Positions 20,656-30,837 of a DNA stretch of 55,600 bases are shown here, piece after piece (position 1 is the stretch's first letter; every line of letters begins with the position of its first letter). The stretch is from assembly GCA_027451365.1 (NCBI GenBank), contig DAIDJN010000071.1, positions 1-55,600 on the forward strand, in the 5' to 3' direction. The translations under genes were made by a program, and so were the position numbers. Source of the DNA: Phycisphaerales bacterium. GTDB lineage: Bacteria; Planctomycetota; Phycisphaerae; WQYP01. The notes beneath the pieces are model-generated. The model was not told where the DNA came from and searched no databases. It saw only the letters and a list, made by a program, of their open reading frames with translations.

Positions 20656-22443
20656 ATGGGAAAATTATCTCTGACCACGCGTCTGGCAAAGAAACTGGCA
20701 CCCGGACTTTCCGCACTCGGCCTGATGGGGCTTGCGGTGTCAGCCCACGGGGCGGCAAACCCGGCTATGAAAATTTGTGCCATGTCGCCAGCGGACAGCA
20801 GCGCGGTCATTATTTTCCGCGACCCGGCCGCTCTGGACCGGAAAATTGTGCAGATCGCTGGCCAACTTAAAATCCCCGTTTCCCAAGACCCTCTTGCTTC
20901 CAGCGAACAGAGCATGGGTTTGACGGGCATATTCGATGCCAACCGACCGGCGGGCATTGCGATGTTGCCGCCGCCCAAAGGAAATTTGCAGCCCACATCA
21001 CAATGGATGGTGGCGATGGTTCCAGTCACGAACTATGCTGCGGCGGAAAAGGCTTATCAATGCGCCGCTCCACAAAATGGCATCAGCGCCGGTCAGGATC
21101 CAACCGGCACGCCAATTTTTCTTGCACAGGAGGGCGGCTACGCCCTGTTTTCGCCATTAAAAGACGCACTGATCGCCTTTATGGCAAACAAGGTGATGCT
21201 TTCGGGCACACTAAGTCCAACCTATATGAAGGGCGTAAGCGGCAGCGACGTCAGTACGTATCTGAACATGAAAGTTCTTGGCCCCATTGCCAGCGCCGGG
21301 TTAAGCGCCGAATCGCAAATGATGCTGGGCTTTGAAGCCGGGGATCCTTCGCAGTTACAGTCCGCGGCCGTGCAATTGATTTTCGTCCGGTTAATGGAAC
21401 AATTTCTGGGCAATTCGCAGCGGCAATTTATTGGGGTGCACATTACCAACCGGGGAATCAGCCTGCAGGAAATTGGCGATATGCAGCCGGGCACACCAAT
21501 GGGCCAGTTGCTGGCCGCACAGTCCGCGATGGGTAAAGCGCCCCTTGCGGGCCTGCCGGGCGGACGATACGTGGTAGCTCAGGCATACAGCGTCAATGGA
21601 CTGGCGTTATCGCAGTGGCTTAAGACTCTCGAAAGGCCGCGGCAAACCACCGGTGCCTTAGGCCCCATCGAAAAGAACCTGGAAAAAGATCTGGCCATCT
21701 ACGGTCAATTTGTAGCCAATGTCCGGGAGTCAAGCAGTGTGATGCTAAGTTCGCGCCATGGTGGCGGCATCAGTGCAGTGGGACTTGGAACGTATACCGA
21801 TGCGACTGGCATCATAAAGTCACTGGAAGGCTTTATGCCGAAAGTGCTCAAGATGATGAACGCTCCAAATGCGGCCGGTCCGAAACCTTTTGCGATCACC
21901 TATAAACCCAAAGCGATTTCCGTTGGAAATGTTTCGATGACACGGATTGAGATGAAACCGAGTCCGGGAAATCATTCGGTGGCCTCGATGTTCAAAACCG
22001 TCTTCGGTCAACCGGAAATAGTGGAATACTTTGGGACATTAAGCAAAACCCAAGCGGTCTGGACCATGAGCATGCCAGCGGCCAAAATGCCCGCGCTGAT
22101 TGCCGCCTCGAAAACCCGCGTCAATGCGCTGGGCTTAAGCCCCTCCATTCAATTGGCACAAAAGCATGTACTGCCTCAAGCCACTTGTGTTTCCTATCTT
22201 CTTATCAATCGCCTGCTTTCAGACATGGCGGCCAATCTGCGAAAGGCCAACGGACTGCCACAGCCAGCGACCAATGGACTGGTTCTGGGCCGGCGTTTTG
22301 CACCGATGGTGATCAGCGCCAGCGCCCAAGGCAACCGCATGAGAATCAAGGCCTTCGTACCGATGGCCACGCTGGAAGATACGGTCAACCAAGGCCGGGC
22401 GCTGGCACCCCTGTTCATGCTGATGTCCGAACAGGCTCAGTAA
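20656..22443 (+). CDS. Secreted hypothetical protein (possibly DUF3352-like)
   Basis: ATG after GAAAGGA; signal peptide ending AHG/A; long ORF (track start 20329 overlaps alaS and is unlikely). Confidence 0.65.
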   Translation: MGKLSLTTRLAKKLAPGLSALGLMGLAVSAHGAANPAMKICAMSPADSSAVIIFRDPAALDRKIVQIAGQLKIPVSQDPLASSEQSMGLTGIFDANRPAGIAMLPPPKGNLQPTSQWMVAMVPVTNYAAAEKAYQCAAPQNGISAGQDPTGTPIFLAQEGGYALFSPLKDALIAFMANKVMLSGTLSPTYMKGVSGSDVSTYLNMKVLGPIASAGLSAESQMMLGFEAGDPSQLQSAAVQLIFVRLMEQFLGNSQRQFIGVHITNRGISLQEIGDMQPGTPMGQLLAAQSAMGKAPLAGLPGGRYVVAQAYSVNGLALSQWLKTLERPRQTTGALGPIEKNLEKDLAIYGQFVANVRESSSVMLSSRHGGGISAVGLGTYTDATGIIKSLEGFMPKVLKMMNAPNAAGPKPFAITYKPKAISVGNVSMTRIEMKPSPGNHSVASMFKTVFGQPEIVEYFGTLSKTQAVWTMSMPAAKMPALIAASKTRVNALGLSPSIQLAQKHVLPQATCVSYLLINRLLSDMAANLRKANGLPQPATNGLVLGRRFAPMVISASAQGNRMRIKAFVPMATLEDTVNQGRALAPLFMLMSEQAQ

Positions 22444-22632
22444 GGCGCGGCACTGGTTAACCTAATCCCGGCAAACGACCAACACCAGCGGCGTTGCCTG
22501 CAAGTCATTATTTCCGCGCGGCCAATAAGGGAACCGGGCATCTTGAGCCGGCCGTGTTCAGCGGCTATATTCCTTTGGCGGCAAGAGGTTGGATTGAAAT
22601 GATGCAGAGGGAACTCCATACAGGTAGCCACA

Positions 22633-25600
22633 ATGACACGTACCCAATTGCCGTCCCCTGATCTAAATTCGTCGGAAAATCATGCGGCCATACACCGGTA
22701 TATTCACCTTCGGCTAAAAGCGCTGGGCCTACCTACGGACAACAGCGATGCGCTGGGAGCGGAGCTTGACGATATCGCCTCCGGCTTGCTGGCGAACTTT
22801 CAGCAGAAGAACCGCCTTCTGAAAGACTATCGCAACCCGATAGACCGGCGGATTGAATCATTTTTAAATGACATTCTAGGTCCCCTCGGCGCAAAAGGGC
22901 CCCTTCGGCTGCCGGACCGCTGCCTTAGTCTGCATCGCACCGGGGTAGCACGGGAACTGTCGCTGCCAAAGGGAGAGGACTATTTTGCCAGTCCGCTGCT
23001 GAATTCCTATCGGGTGGCCAACGGCGTTTTGCATAATCCCGCCAACGACCGCCGCACCACCCAGGGAACATTTCATATTGCAGACTGCGGCCTGCCGGTT
23101 CCAGCGGACAAAATCGCGGTGCCGCCATTGGTTTACGCGAGGATATTTGAACATGCGGTCAATCCACCGACGGACTTGCTGACGCTGCCATACACCGCCA
23201 AAGGCGGTCGCGCGGCGGGAATTTTTTGCACACTTATGCTGCGGCCCATTGTGGTACCGGAAGTTTTCGGTTTAAGCCCGCAAAAGACGATGGAAATTCA
23301 TTTTTTTGCACCGGGTTCGCTGGTCAGCAATCTGGATTTTGTGGAATCCATTTTTGGCAATGCCGGTGACCCGGTTCTGCCGGAAAATGACGCCGGTCTG
23401 GATGTAGCCCACTGGACCGGGCATACTGGCTGCGTCATTCTGGCCCCCCACCTGACGAAATTGACTAAAAAACAGTTGGGCCTGCCCGCATGGAATGCCG
23501 CGACACCGCGCCAGCAGCGCGATGGAATGTGCTGGAAAAATCCGGAGGAATATTACAATGGCGGATCGGCGTTTAAATTGACCTGTCGGGGTCCGCAGGG
23601 AGTCATGGTAACCATTATTGCAGACAATTATTTCGGGTATTGCAAAAAGGAAGTCAAAACCCAGATCAGTTTTGCCGCCAATCTGCTCGGCAATGCGGAA
23701 GAAGAACATGCCGGGGGCGCGGTGGCGTTTCCAAGTTACAGCCTGGGCACTGAATTCACTCCACACGAAAAATACTGGAACGGGCGAACCTTCGCCGATG
23801 TCGCCAAAGCTTACGGCCCACTGATGGACATTCATCCCGATGGTTACGGCGTAGACCGGCAGTTTCCCGATATCATTTATATCCCTGAAAACGCACACAT
23901 GGACCTGCATACCACGCGCATTATCTGGGACCTGGATGAAAAACCCCGGTCACTGCCGCTGCTGGCGGACAAGCTTTATCTGACCCCTTCTGGCCAGAAG
24001 TTGTTTGTGCACAAACATCCGGGGTCCAACCGGTTCCGCATTGTGGTAACCGCGGCGCGCGGTGTTTTCTGCCACAAGCCGTGCACCGTCAGCGGCGGCG
24101 GAAAAAGCGAGATCAGCAAAAGTATTTCTGATTATATGATTTTTGGCCCGATCTATGTGGCGAATCTGACTCATGACCTCGACCAGGTGCAGGCCATTCT
24201 GGATAAAGATCATTCCATTCGATGGAAGCCGGGACACGAGCCGGCCCATTATGCCCACACACCCAGCCGCCCAATTTTAGGTGCCACGCGATCGCTGGGA
24301 AGCGTCATTAAGATGCTCACGCCATCCAACGAATATACTGACGACTACAACCGCTGGCTCGCCGCCATTCCCAGCGATATTCTGGCGCTGGTTTTCTTGA
24401 TCAAGCGTTTATACAAACCCGAATGGGGGCCGGACTGGCGGACCCATTTTTCGGTGGATATTGTCAATGGCGAACCAGGGCACGAACTGAAAATGGATGA
24501 CCGCAAAGCCGCGGGAACTTATCTGCGCGTCGGCCTGCGGCCCAATGGTGCCTGGAATACGTTCAAGGTCAGACAGGATTTTTTCCCGGCGGCAAAAGTC
24601 CAGATGGAAGATGACATTACCGCATCAACTGTCGCGCCCGTCGGACAGTTGTCCGTTAAGCCGCTGGCCGCCAGTGGACCAAGTGTGAAACTGGTCACAA
24701 ATTGTGAACTGCGGCTGTTTCAGCGCCCGGATGATGCGGTCATTCCCGGACTGGACCGTCAGACAGAAGCTGATATGGCCCGGTCGGACAATTTTATTTC
24801 CAACTTTGAACCGCTGGACCCACAAGGCGTACTCGCCATTGTGGAAAACGTGGCGGAATTTGACGCCTATACGCCCCCCATGCACAATCTGCTGGGTGAT
24901 GCCGCCCGCCGGGGACAGGGTTTTGTGGTTTCCTCCGCCCATCCGCGGCTGGTCAATGGCGAACGAACTAAAAATCCGCGGTATCTGCAATATCGGCCGG
25001 ATCTAGCCAATCCACGGGATACCTATGCGGCAAATATGGCCTATCGTCTGGCGAGGGCAATTCCACTGGAAACGCCGGTCAGCTTTCCCGTTGATGCGGT
25101 GCTGCTGGGCCGACGGAACAATCCGCCCGATGCGGCCGCGGCGATCCGTTCGCTTGCGGTTTATAATCCGATTCACTACCAGGAGCTGCCGGAACTTTTC
25201 ATGGATTTTATTTCCAGCCTGACTGGCAAAAGTCCATCCACAACGGGGGCCGGGTCCGAAGGGGCGCTAACCAAAGGCCCCTTCAATGCGCTGCTGACCA
25301 CCGCAGACCTGAATGCGGCGCTGGTCAGTTATATCCTGACCGGACTGGCCGGCTTTTCCACCGCGGCGGGACATGTAGGCCCACGGTATAAAATGGGGCA
25401 TGACATCAGTTTGCTTATTCCGGAACTCTGGTGCCGCATGGGGCCGGCAGAACGCGATCCGCAGTTCCTGATTGGCGGTGGCTATCTGGAAAAGCTGGAA
25501 GATTTCCAGCACAACGGCGTTCATGTGCCGGCCAGTCGCCTGGGCTATCGGGTCACATCGCGCTTCATGCGAATATTCCTGGGCAGAATTTTTGACAACC

Positions 25601-26082
25601 CGTCACGCATTTTCGATTCCCTGATGCTCAAGCCGGAACTCCAGGATATGGACCTGTTTGTGGATGGCGTGTTGAATATCGCTGAAACCCAGCAGCGGGT
25701 GGCGCTGCAATATTTTGAAGATGGGTCCATCGATCGGGCCTGCCCGCCGCTGAAAGCACTGCTGCACATTATGGCGCACGGCCACTACGCCGGCAAAAAC
25801 GTGCACGACCCGGAAATCCGCGGCCTGTTCACACTGGAAAGCCTCTTGAAAAGCGACTGGTACCGGCAGCGGCTGATCAACAAACAGAGGTGCGACAGCA
25901 ATCTGTACAAGAGACACATTCAATACCTGCACGATTTTATGCACCAATTACGCGATGATGGCGTTGCGGAAAATCTGAAACTTTCCGAACGACTGGCGCT
26001 GGCGCAAACCCAACTGCAGCGCGCCGAATCGGCGGAATATCTGAAGAGTCTGGAAGGAACGATTGGCCTGGACACGTTATGA
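22633..26082 (+). CDS. Pyrophosphate-dependent PEP carboxykinase (PEP carboxytransphosphorylase)
   Basis: 1149 aa; GVLHNP..DRRTTQG.FH; NYFGYCKKEVKTQIS; EEEHAGGA; HKPCTVSGGGKSEISKS; GKSPSTTGAGSEGALTKGPFN. Confidence 0.88.
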   Translation: MTRTQLPSPDLNSSENHAAIHRYIHLRLKALGLPTDNSDALGAELDDIASGLLANFQQKNRLLKDYRNPIDRRIESFLNDILGPLGAKGPLRLPDRCLSLHRTGVARELSLPKGEDYFASPLLNSYRVANGVLHNPANDRRTTQGTFHIADCGLPVPADKIAVPPLVYARIFEHAVNPPTDLLTLPYTAKGGRAAGIFCTLMLRPIVVPEVFGLSPQKTMEIHFFAPGSLVSNLDFVESIFGNAGDPVLPENDAGLDVAHWTGHTGCVILAPHLTKLTKKQLGLPAWNAATPRQQRDGMCWKNPEEYYNGGSAFKLTCRGPQGVMVTIIADNYFGYCKKEVKTQISFAANLLGNAEEEHAGGAVAFPSYSLGTEFTPHEKYWNGRTFADVAKAYGPLMDIHPDGYGVDRQFPDIIYIPENAHMDLHTTRIIWDLDEKPRSLPLLADKLYLTPSGQKLFVHKHPGSNRFRIVVTAARGVFCHKPCTVSGGGKSEISKSISDYMIFGPIYVANLTHDLDQVQAILDKDHSIRWKPGHEPAHYAHTPSRPILGATRSLGSVIKMLTPSNEYTDDYNRWLAAIPSDILALVFLIKRLYKPEWGPDWRTHFSVDIVNGEPGHELKMDDRKAAGTYLRVGLRPNGAWNTFKVRQDFFPAAKVQMEDDITASTVAPVGQLSVKPLAASGPSVKLVTNCELRLFQRPDDAVIPGLDRQTEADMARSDNFISNFEPLDPQGVLAIVENVAEFDAYTPPMHNLLGDAARRGQGFVVSSAHPRLVNGERTKNPRYLQYRPDLANPRDTYAANMAYRLARAIPLETPVSFPVDAVLLGRRNNPPDAAAAIRSLAVYNPIHYQELPELFMDFISSLTGKSPSTTGAGSEGALTKGPFNALLTTADLNAALVSYILTGLAGFSTAAGHVGPRYKMGHDISLLIPELWCRMGPAERDPQFLIGGGYLEKLEDFQHNGVHVPASRLGYRVTSRFMRIFLGRIFDNPSRIFDSLMLKPELQDMDLFVDGVLNIAETQQRVALQYFEDGSIDRACPPLKALLHIMAHGHYAGKNVHDPEIRGLFTLESLLKSDWYRQRLINKQRCDSNLYKRHIQYLHDFMHQLRDDGVAENLKLSERLALAQTQLQRAESAEYLKSLEGTIGLDTL

Positions 26083-27094
26083 CATTCCTGGAGACCGCAC
26101 ACCCCAACCGGTAACCGGTGGAAATACCGTTTCGGCATCGGGCACGGCAGTTGCTTCCGGCCCGGCCCGTCCTGCGGATATTGCCGTTCTTTTTCTTATT
26201 ACGCTGCTGGCATCATTTACTCCCATCGCGGTTCAGGCAGCCGTCGCCTCTTTTCCGCCGATCTTGGGTGGCGTGCTTCGCTTTGCCATCGCCAGCCTTA
26301 TTCTGGGTGTCTTTCTGGGGATAAAACGAAAACTGCCGCGCCTGGGCCGCCGCGATATTTTGCGAGTGACGCTGCTGGGGCTGGTCTGTGTTCCGATCAA
26401 CCAGTTCGCATTCTGGGGCGGGGTGGCATTGGCCAATCCGTCACATTCGGCCATGTTTTACGCCACCACGCCGGTGCTGGTAACAATTATGGTCTGTCTG
26501 ATCGGCGTGGAAAAATGGAGCCTCCGGGTTTTTCTGGCGGCGGTGCTGGCGTCCGCAGGCGTTCTGGCGATATTGATTCACTCCGGTCTGGAATTACGCG
26601 GCCGGTTTTTTCATGGCGATTTGCTGCTGCTTTTGGCGGCGCTGACCTGGTCCGGCTATCTGGTATTTTCGCGACCACTCAATGACCGCTACGGCAGCCT
26701 GGCCACGCAGTTCTGGGTATTTCTGGCCGGAACGCTGGCCTCGATTCCGCTGGTCGGCGTGGAGGGATTTTCTGTCGCATGGACTCATATTTCATGGACT
26801 TCCTGGGTGGGTTTGTTTTATTTAAGTGTGGTGGTCGCCGTACTGGTATTCTTTCTTTTCAACTGGTCCATGATGCGCCAGCCGCCATCGAGGGTGGCTA
26901 CATTCACCAATGCGGCCTATCCGCTGACACTGGTGTGGGAGGCGATCCTCAATCGGCGGCTGCCGGGAGTCTGGTTCCTGTTGGGTTCAGCCCTTCTGCT
27001 GGCGGGCATGGTGTTAACCCTTTCCCGCCCGCGCGCCAAGGTTATTGTGACAGAGGACATGGACCCCATTTCCCTGCCCGCCAAGGATAGGTGA
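26063..27094 (+). CDS. DMT/EamA family transporter
   Basis: About 10 TM helices in two EamA repeats; GDLL.L.A..W..Y; start uncertain (TTG after AAGGA, overlapping the PEPCK stop). Confidence 0.88.
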   Translation: MAWTRYDIPGDRTPQPVTGGNTVSASGTAVASGPARPADIAVLFLITLLASFTPIAVQAAVASFPPILGGVLRFAIASLILGVFLGIKRKLPRLGRRDILRVTLLGLVCVPINQFAFWGGVALANPSHSAMFYATTPVLVTIMVCLIGVEKWSLRVFLAAVLASAGVLAILIHSGLELRGRFFHGDLLLLLAALTWSGYLVFSRPLNDRYGSLATQFWVFLAGTLASIPLVGVEGFSVAWTHISWTSWVGLFYLSVVVAVLVFFLFNWSMMRQPPSRVATFTNAAYPLTLVWEAILNRRLPGVWFLLGSALLLAGMVLTLSRPRAKVIVTEDMDPISLPAKDR

Positions 27095-27474
27095 AGCTTG
27101 CCCGGTTGCATGGAAAGAAACCCAGCGATAGACTAAGTTTTATGAGCAGAATCAACGGAATAAAAGGTGAAGCGTCGCCCAAAAGCGTCGAACGACAGGC
27201 GCGCTTGCTGGCCCGTGCAAGCCGAAAAGTGGACCGATCCATCAAGCATGTACTGTGGTTCCCCAGCAAGAAACAGATACGGCTGGTGGAGATTACAGGT
27301 GACATCCCATCCAATGCCGACGGACATGTCCATGCATACCACTTCCCCGCTGACCCGGAAAAAGAGCTCGACCTGCCAATGGCCATAGCCCTTATTCGAC
27401 CCGAGGAAAAAGGACGACTGCGTCTGCCGAGCACCTGGGGAAGTTGGAGGAAGGCCGTTGACGTCAGCGGATGA
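27091..27474 (+). CDS. Small hypothetical protein, putative partner (antitoxin-like) of the HEPN-like protein
   Basis: GTGA overlap with the DMT stop; IRLVEI...F.ADP...LP..IALI.PEE...L.LP..WG.W; overlaps the next gene. Confidence 0.65.
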   Translation: MKLARLHGKKPSDRLSFMSRINGIKGEASPKSVERQARLLARASRKVDRSIKHVLWFPSKKQIRLVEITGDIPSNADGHVHAYHFPADPEKELDLPMAIALIRPEEKGRLRLPSTWGSWRKAVDVSG

Positions 27475-27982
27475 AACCCTCGGCGCGGCGATGCGACAGG
27501 CATTTCTGAAGCAGGCCCGCAGCGATTTTATTCTTTGTCAGGAACTGCGTAACACCAGAAATCCGACCTGCCACTGGGTGCACTACCTGCAACTGGCAAC
27601 CGAAAAGCTGGCGCGGGCCTATGAAATGGATATAACCTCCAACCGTCGGCCCGCCAAGACACACGCCGCCTTTGCAAGTTTCGTTCGCACGTCGCTGCAA
27701 AGCTCCGCCTGGCAGAAAAGCCTCGGTTATGGCAACCGCACCGCCCGATACAAAGCGCTATTGAAAAGGCTGCGTCCCTTAGCCGAATTGACCGAAAAAA
27801 TAGCCCCGTCCTTCGCCGGATTTGATCGACCCAATCCGGAATATCCGTGGCAAGACTCAGGCTCGCGCGTCATAGCGCCGGTCGAACACCATTTTTCCGA
27901 CTTTACGACGGCCGGTCCGCTTGTGCCGGAACTTTTTCATCTTGTCAAATGCATTCTGGACAGAGATTTGCCGCCATTATAA
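27458..27982 (+). CDS. Divergent HEPN-like protein
   Basis: FL.QA.SDF; HYLQLATEKLARA; P.KTH; EYPW parallels HEPN 'A..DL...QQA.EK.LKA...P.TH...RYP'; GGAGG RBS before TTG. Confidence 0.6.
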   Translation: MTSADETLGAAMRQAFLKQARSDFILCQELRNTRNPTCHWVHYLQLATEKLARAYEMDITSNRRPAKTHAAFASFVRTSLQSSAWQKSLGYGNRTARYKALLKRLRPLAELTEKIAPSFAGFDRPNPEYPWQDSGSRVIAPVEHHFSDFTTAGPLVPELFHLVKCILDRDLPPL

Positions 27983-28064
27983 TCTTCCTTCGCGTGTTGC
28001 CGCCGGCACTAATAAAATGCTGTTTTGATACCATGCCGATCACGGCACAAATGAGAGGAAAACG

Positions 28065-28820
28065 ATGGCAATCAAATCGACCCTTGACGAAATTCGCGCC
28101 CGCTTCGATCAGGAGGTCGAGCGGTTCAGCAATCTTCAAACCGGTCAGACCGCCACCATGGATGCGGCATTGTGCATGGAATTGATCGCGCAGGCGGCGG
28201 TCCGCACCACCCCGCAGGCCACGAGCCTGCTGGACATTGGCTGCGGGGCGGGGAATTATACACTGAAACTGTTGAGCAAAATGGCCGCGCTGGACTGCAC
28301 ACTCATCGACTTAAGCGAACCGATGTTGCGCCGCGCGGTGGAACGCATCCGTCCGTGCACGACCGGGCGCGTGCGAACCCTTCAGCAGGACATGCTTTCC
28401 GCGCCACTTGGGGAAAATGAATTTGATATTGCGATGGCGGCTTCCACACTGCATCACCTGCGCGACGAATCGGAATGGGCCAGCATGTTCAGCCGCATAT
28501 TCCGGGCGTTGCGGCCAGGCGGATCTTTCTGGATTTTTGATCTGATTTCGCATGAAGGTCCCATTGAATCGCTGATGCGGGACCGATATGGCGAATATCT
28601 GTCGGAGTTGAAAGGGGGCGGTGCGGAAGGGGATCGTTACCGCGATACGGTATTTGCCTATATTGAAAAGGAAGATACGCCGCGGCCACTGTTGTGGCAG
28701 ATAGACCAGCTTGTCGCCGCGGGCTTCACCCACGTCGACATCCTGCACAAAAACGCCTGCTTTGCAGCCTTCGGTGGGGTGAAGGGCGGCGCATGTCAGC
28801 CGATCGGCGGACAGAGTTGA
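28065..28820 (+). CDS. Class I SAM-dependent methyltransferase (CmoA-like)
   Basis: LLDIGCGAGN; IDLSEPML; LHHLR; L.PGG.F.I.D. Confidence 0.9.
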   Translation: MAIKSTLDEIRARFDQEVERFSNLQTGQTATMDAALCMELIAQAAVRTTPQATSLLDIGCGAGNYTLKLLSKMAALDCTLIDLSEPMLRRAVERIRPCTTGRVRTLQQDMLSAPLGENEFDIAMAASTLHHLRDESEWASMFSRIFRALRPGGSFWIFDLISHEGPIESLMRDRYGEYLSELKGGGAEGDRYRDTVFAYIEKEDTPRPLLWQIDQLVAAGFTHVDILHKNACFAAFGGVKGGACQPIGGQS

Positions 28821-28884
28821 ATCCGCCATGGAAGCGTCAACGCCACCAGTGCGGAACCGACGATTGATCCCCGATTGACAACCT

Positions 28885-29241
28885 TTACGTCAACGACCCG
28901 GCGCGGTCAATATTGGCGGTAACCATGGGGGCGGAACCGGCGGTCGGCTGATCGCCATCCAACACAGCAATGTGCGTAAATTCGTCTAAATTCAGAACCA
29001 CTTTTTCACCATCTTCGCGCTCAATGATAAGCCGGTCCAGCCACAATCGCCGGCTTTTGTTGCGCGCGTACCAACTTCCGGTTTCCTGTCGTTCCTGACG
29101 GATCACGGTACCGGTAATGGCGATCGGATACACATGAGACCGATGGGCAATCTGCTGAGTGACGCGAACCCGTGTACCGGGCTGATAAACTGTGCACTTC
29201 TGCGTGCCATTCAAAAATGCCGAATTCTGCGATTCCTGCAT
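28885..29241 (-). CDS. Small hypothetical beta-rich protein
   Basis: PG.RVRVTQQI...GSW.A..K..LWLDRL...DGE...LNLD pattern; start taken at ATG 29241 (track start 29307). Confidence 0.7.
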   Translation of the reverse strand: MQESQNSAFLNGTQKCTVYQPGTRVRVTQQIAHRSHVYPIAITGTVIRQERQETGSWYARNKSRRLWLDRLIIEREDGEKVVLNLDEFTHIAVLDGDQPTAGSAPMVTANIDRAGSLT

Positions 29242-29450
29242 GGAAAAACTCCAATAAACGGGCATCCCGGACCGTTCGCCGGACAGAGGCCTGGAACGAA
29301 AATACACACGGAACCGGTTTGGGGCAAGTACCAGCGCGTCTATGACGGATTTGCGGATTTGGCCAACGCCGCAGCTTCACGTTCCACGGGTGACACATTG
29401 GTCAGTCGGGCGGCCTTACGGCTGGTCTTAATTTGCGTACAATACATGGA

Positions 29451-30620
29451 ATGAAGACTAAAAAGAATGCCCCCGTCGCCCGACGCAAGCCGCAGGCCCG
29501 CGTCCCCGCAAAGCGCAAGACAACCACGATCGTCCCGGTTGTCGAAATGAAGCCCCTGCCGCCAGAAATTCACGTAGCCGAGCCGGCAATTCCGGAGCCT
29601 GCACCACTGCTAACGGCGGAAGCGGAAATTGAAACCGGGGATGAAGGACTGGAACGGCTGACTTTCAGTATCCGGCATGACCTGCAAAAGCGGCTCGATC
29701 TTTATCTGCGAGATCGGCTGGCGAACCATTCGCGAGCCATGCTGCAGAAACTTATTCGATCAGGCGCAATTGCAGTCAACGACCGGCCCGCCAAGGCCAG
29801 CACCATGTTGCGGAGCGGCGATGTGGTGAAGGTGGAACTGCCTTCCGCGCCAACACGGGAAGCATTGCCGGAAAATATTCCTTTAAAGATCGTGTATGAA
29901 GATGACCAGTTTATGGCCATTGATAAGCAGGCCGATCTGCTTGTGCATCCCGCCCGCGGACATTGGACCGGCACACTGATTAACGGACTGGTGCACCATG
30001 CCCGGCAGACCGCGGGCACACTTTCCACCGGAAGCGATCCGTGGCGGCCGGGGATTATTCACCGGCTGGATCGAAATACGACGGGCCTTATTTTAATTGC
30101 CAAAACAGATGAGGCCCATTGGCGGCTGGCCGGACAGTTTGAACGGCGCACAGTAAAAAAAACATATATCGCCATTGTGCACGGAAATCCGTCGCTGGAC
30201 AGTGACTTAATTGACGCGCCACTTGGGGTGGACCAGAAGGACCGCGAACGGTACGCCGTCCGCAGAGATGAACATGGGCGCCCCGCCCAGACGGTTTACC
30301 GGGTTCTGGAACGTTTCGGGCGGTTCAGCCTGATGGAACTTTCGCCGCGAACTGGCCGCACGCATCAGTTGCGCGTCCATTTGAGTTTTATCGGTCATCC
30401 GATTGCGGGTGATACTCTTTACGGTGGCAAGGCAATATCGTTATCGGACATTACCGGCCAAGCAAACGCCGAGCAGATGCCGATTATTGAAAGGCAGGCC
30501 CTGCACGCCCACCGTCTGCAGTTTGTTCACCCGACACGATTTAACCGGATGATATTAGAAGCCCCTTTGCCGCCGGATATGATTGAATTATTGAGGCATT
30601 TACGCCCGATAAACCGATGA
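29451..30620 (+). CDS. rluD: RluA family pseudouridine synthase with S4 domain (RluD-like)
   Basis: RLD.YL...SR S4 domain; GIIHRLDR.TTG catalytic Asp; TGRTHQLRVH; QALHA. Confidence 0.9.
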   Translation: MKTKKNAPVARRKPQARVPAKRKTTTIVPVVEMKPLPPEIHVAEPAIPEPAPLLTAEAEIETGDEGLERLTFSIRHDLQKRLDLYLRDRLANHSRAMLQKLIRSGAIAVNDRPAKASTMLRSGDVVKVELPSAPTREALPENIPLKIVYEDDQFMAIDKQADLLVHPARGHWTGTLINGLVHHARQTAGTLSTGSDPWRPGIIHRLDRNTTGLILIAKTDEAHWRLAGQFERRTVKKTYIAIVHGNPSLDSDLIDAPLGVDQKDRERYAVRRDEHGRPAQTVYRVLERFGRFSLMELSPRTGRTHQLRVHLSFIGHPIAGDTLYGGKAISLSDITGQANAEQMPIIERQALHAHRLQFVHPTRFNRMILEAPLPPDMIELLRHLRPINR

Positions 30621-30837
30621 TGAGGGCATGGGTCGCCCGGGGGCGACGGCGGGGCGTCCCCAGCATAAAGGTCGCCCCGCAGTTTCCGAAACTGACCGCG
30701 CGGACTGTCCAGACGTGGCAGTGCGGGCGCTTTGTGTCGGAAAGCTGTTGCGCCCAGAATATTGCCGGCCGGATCGCGCGGCTTACAGAATTGGCGCAAA
30801 AACATTAGAACAGCGTGTGACACGAGGAATCGGTTTC

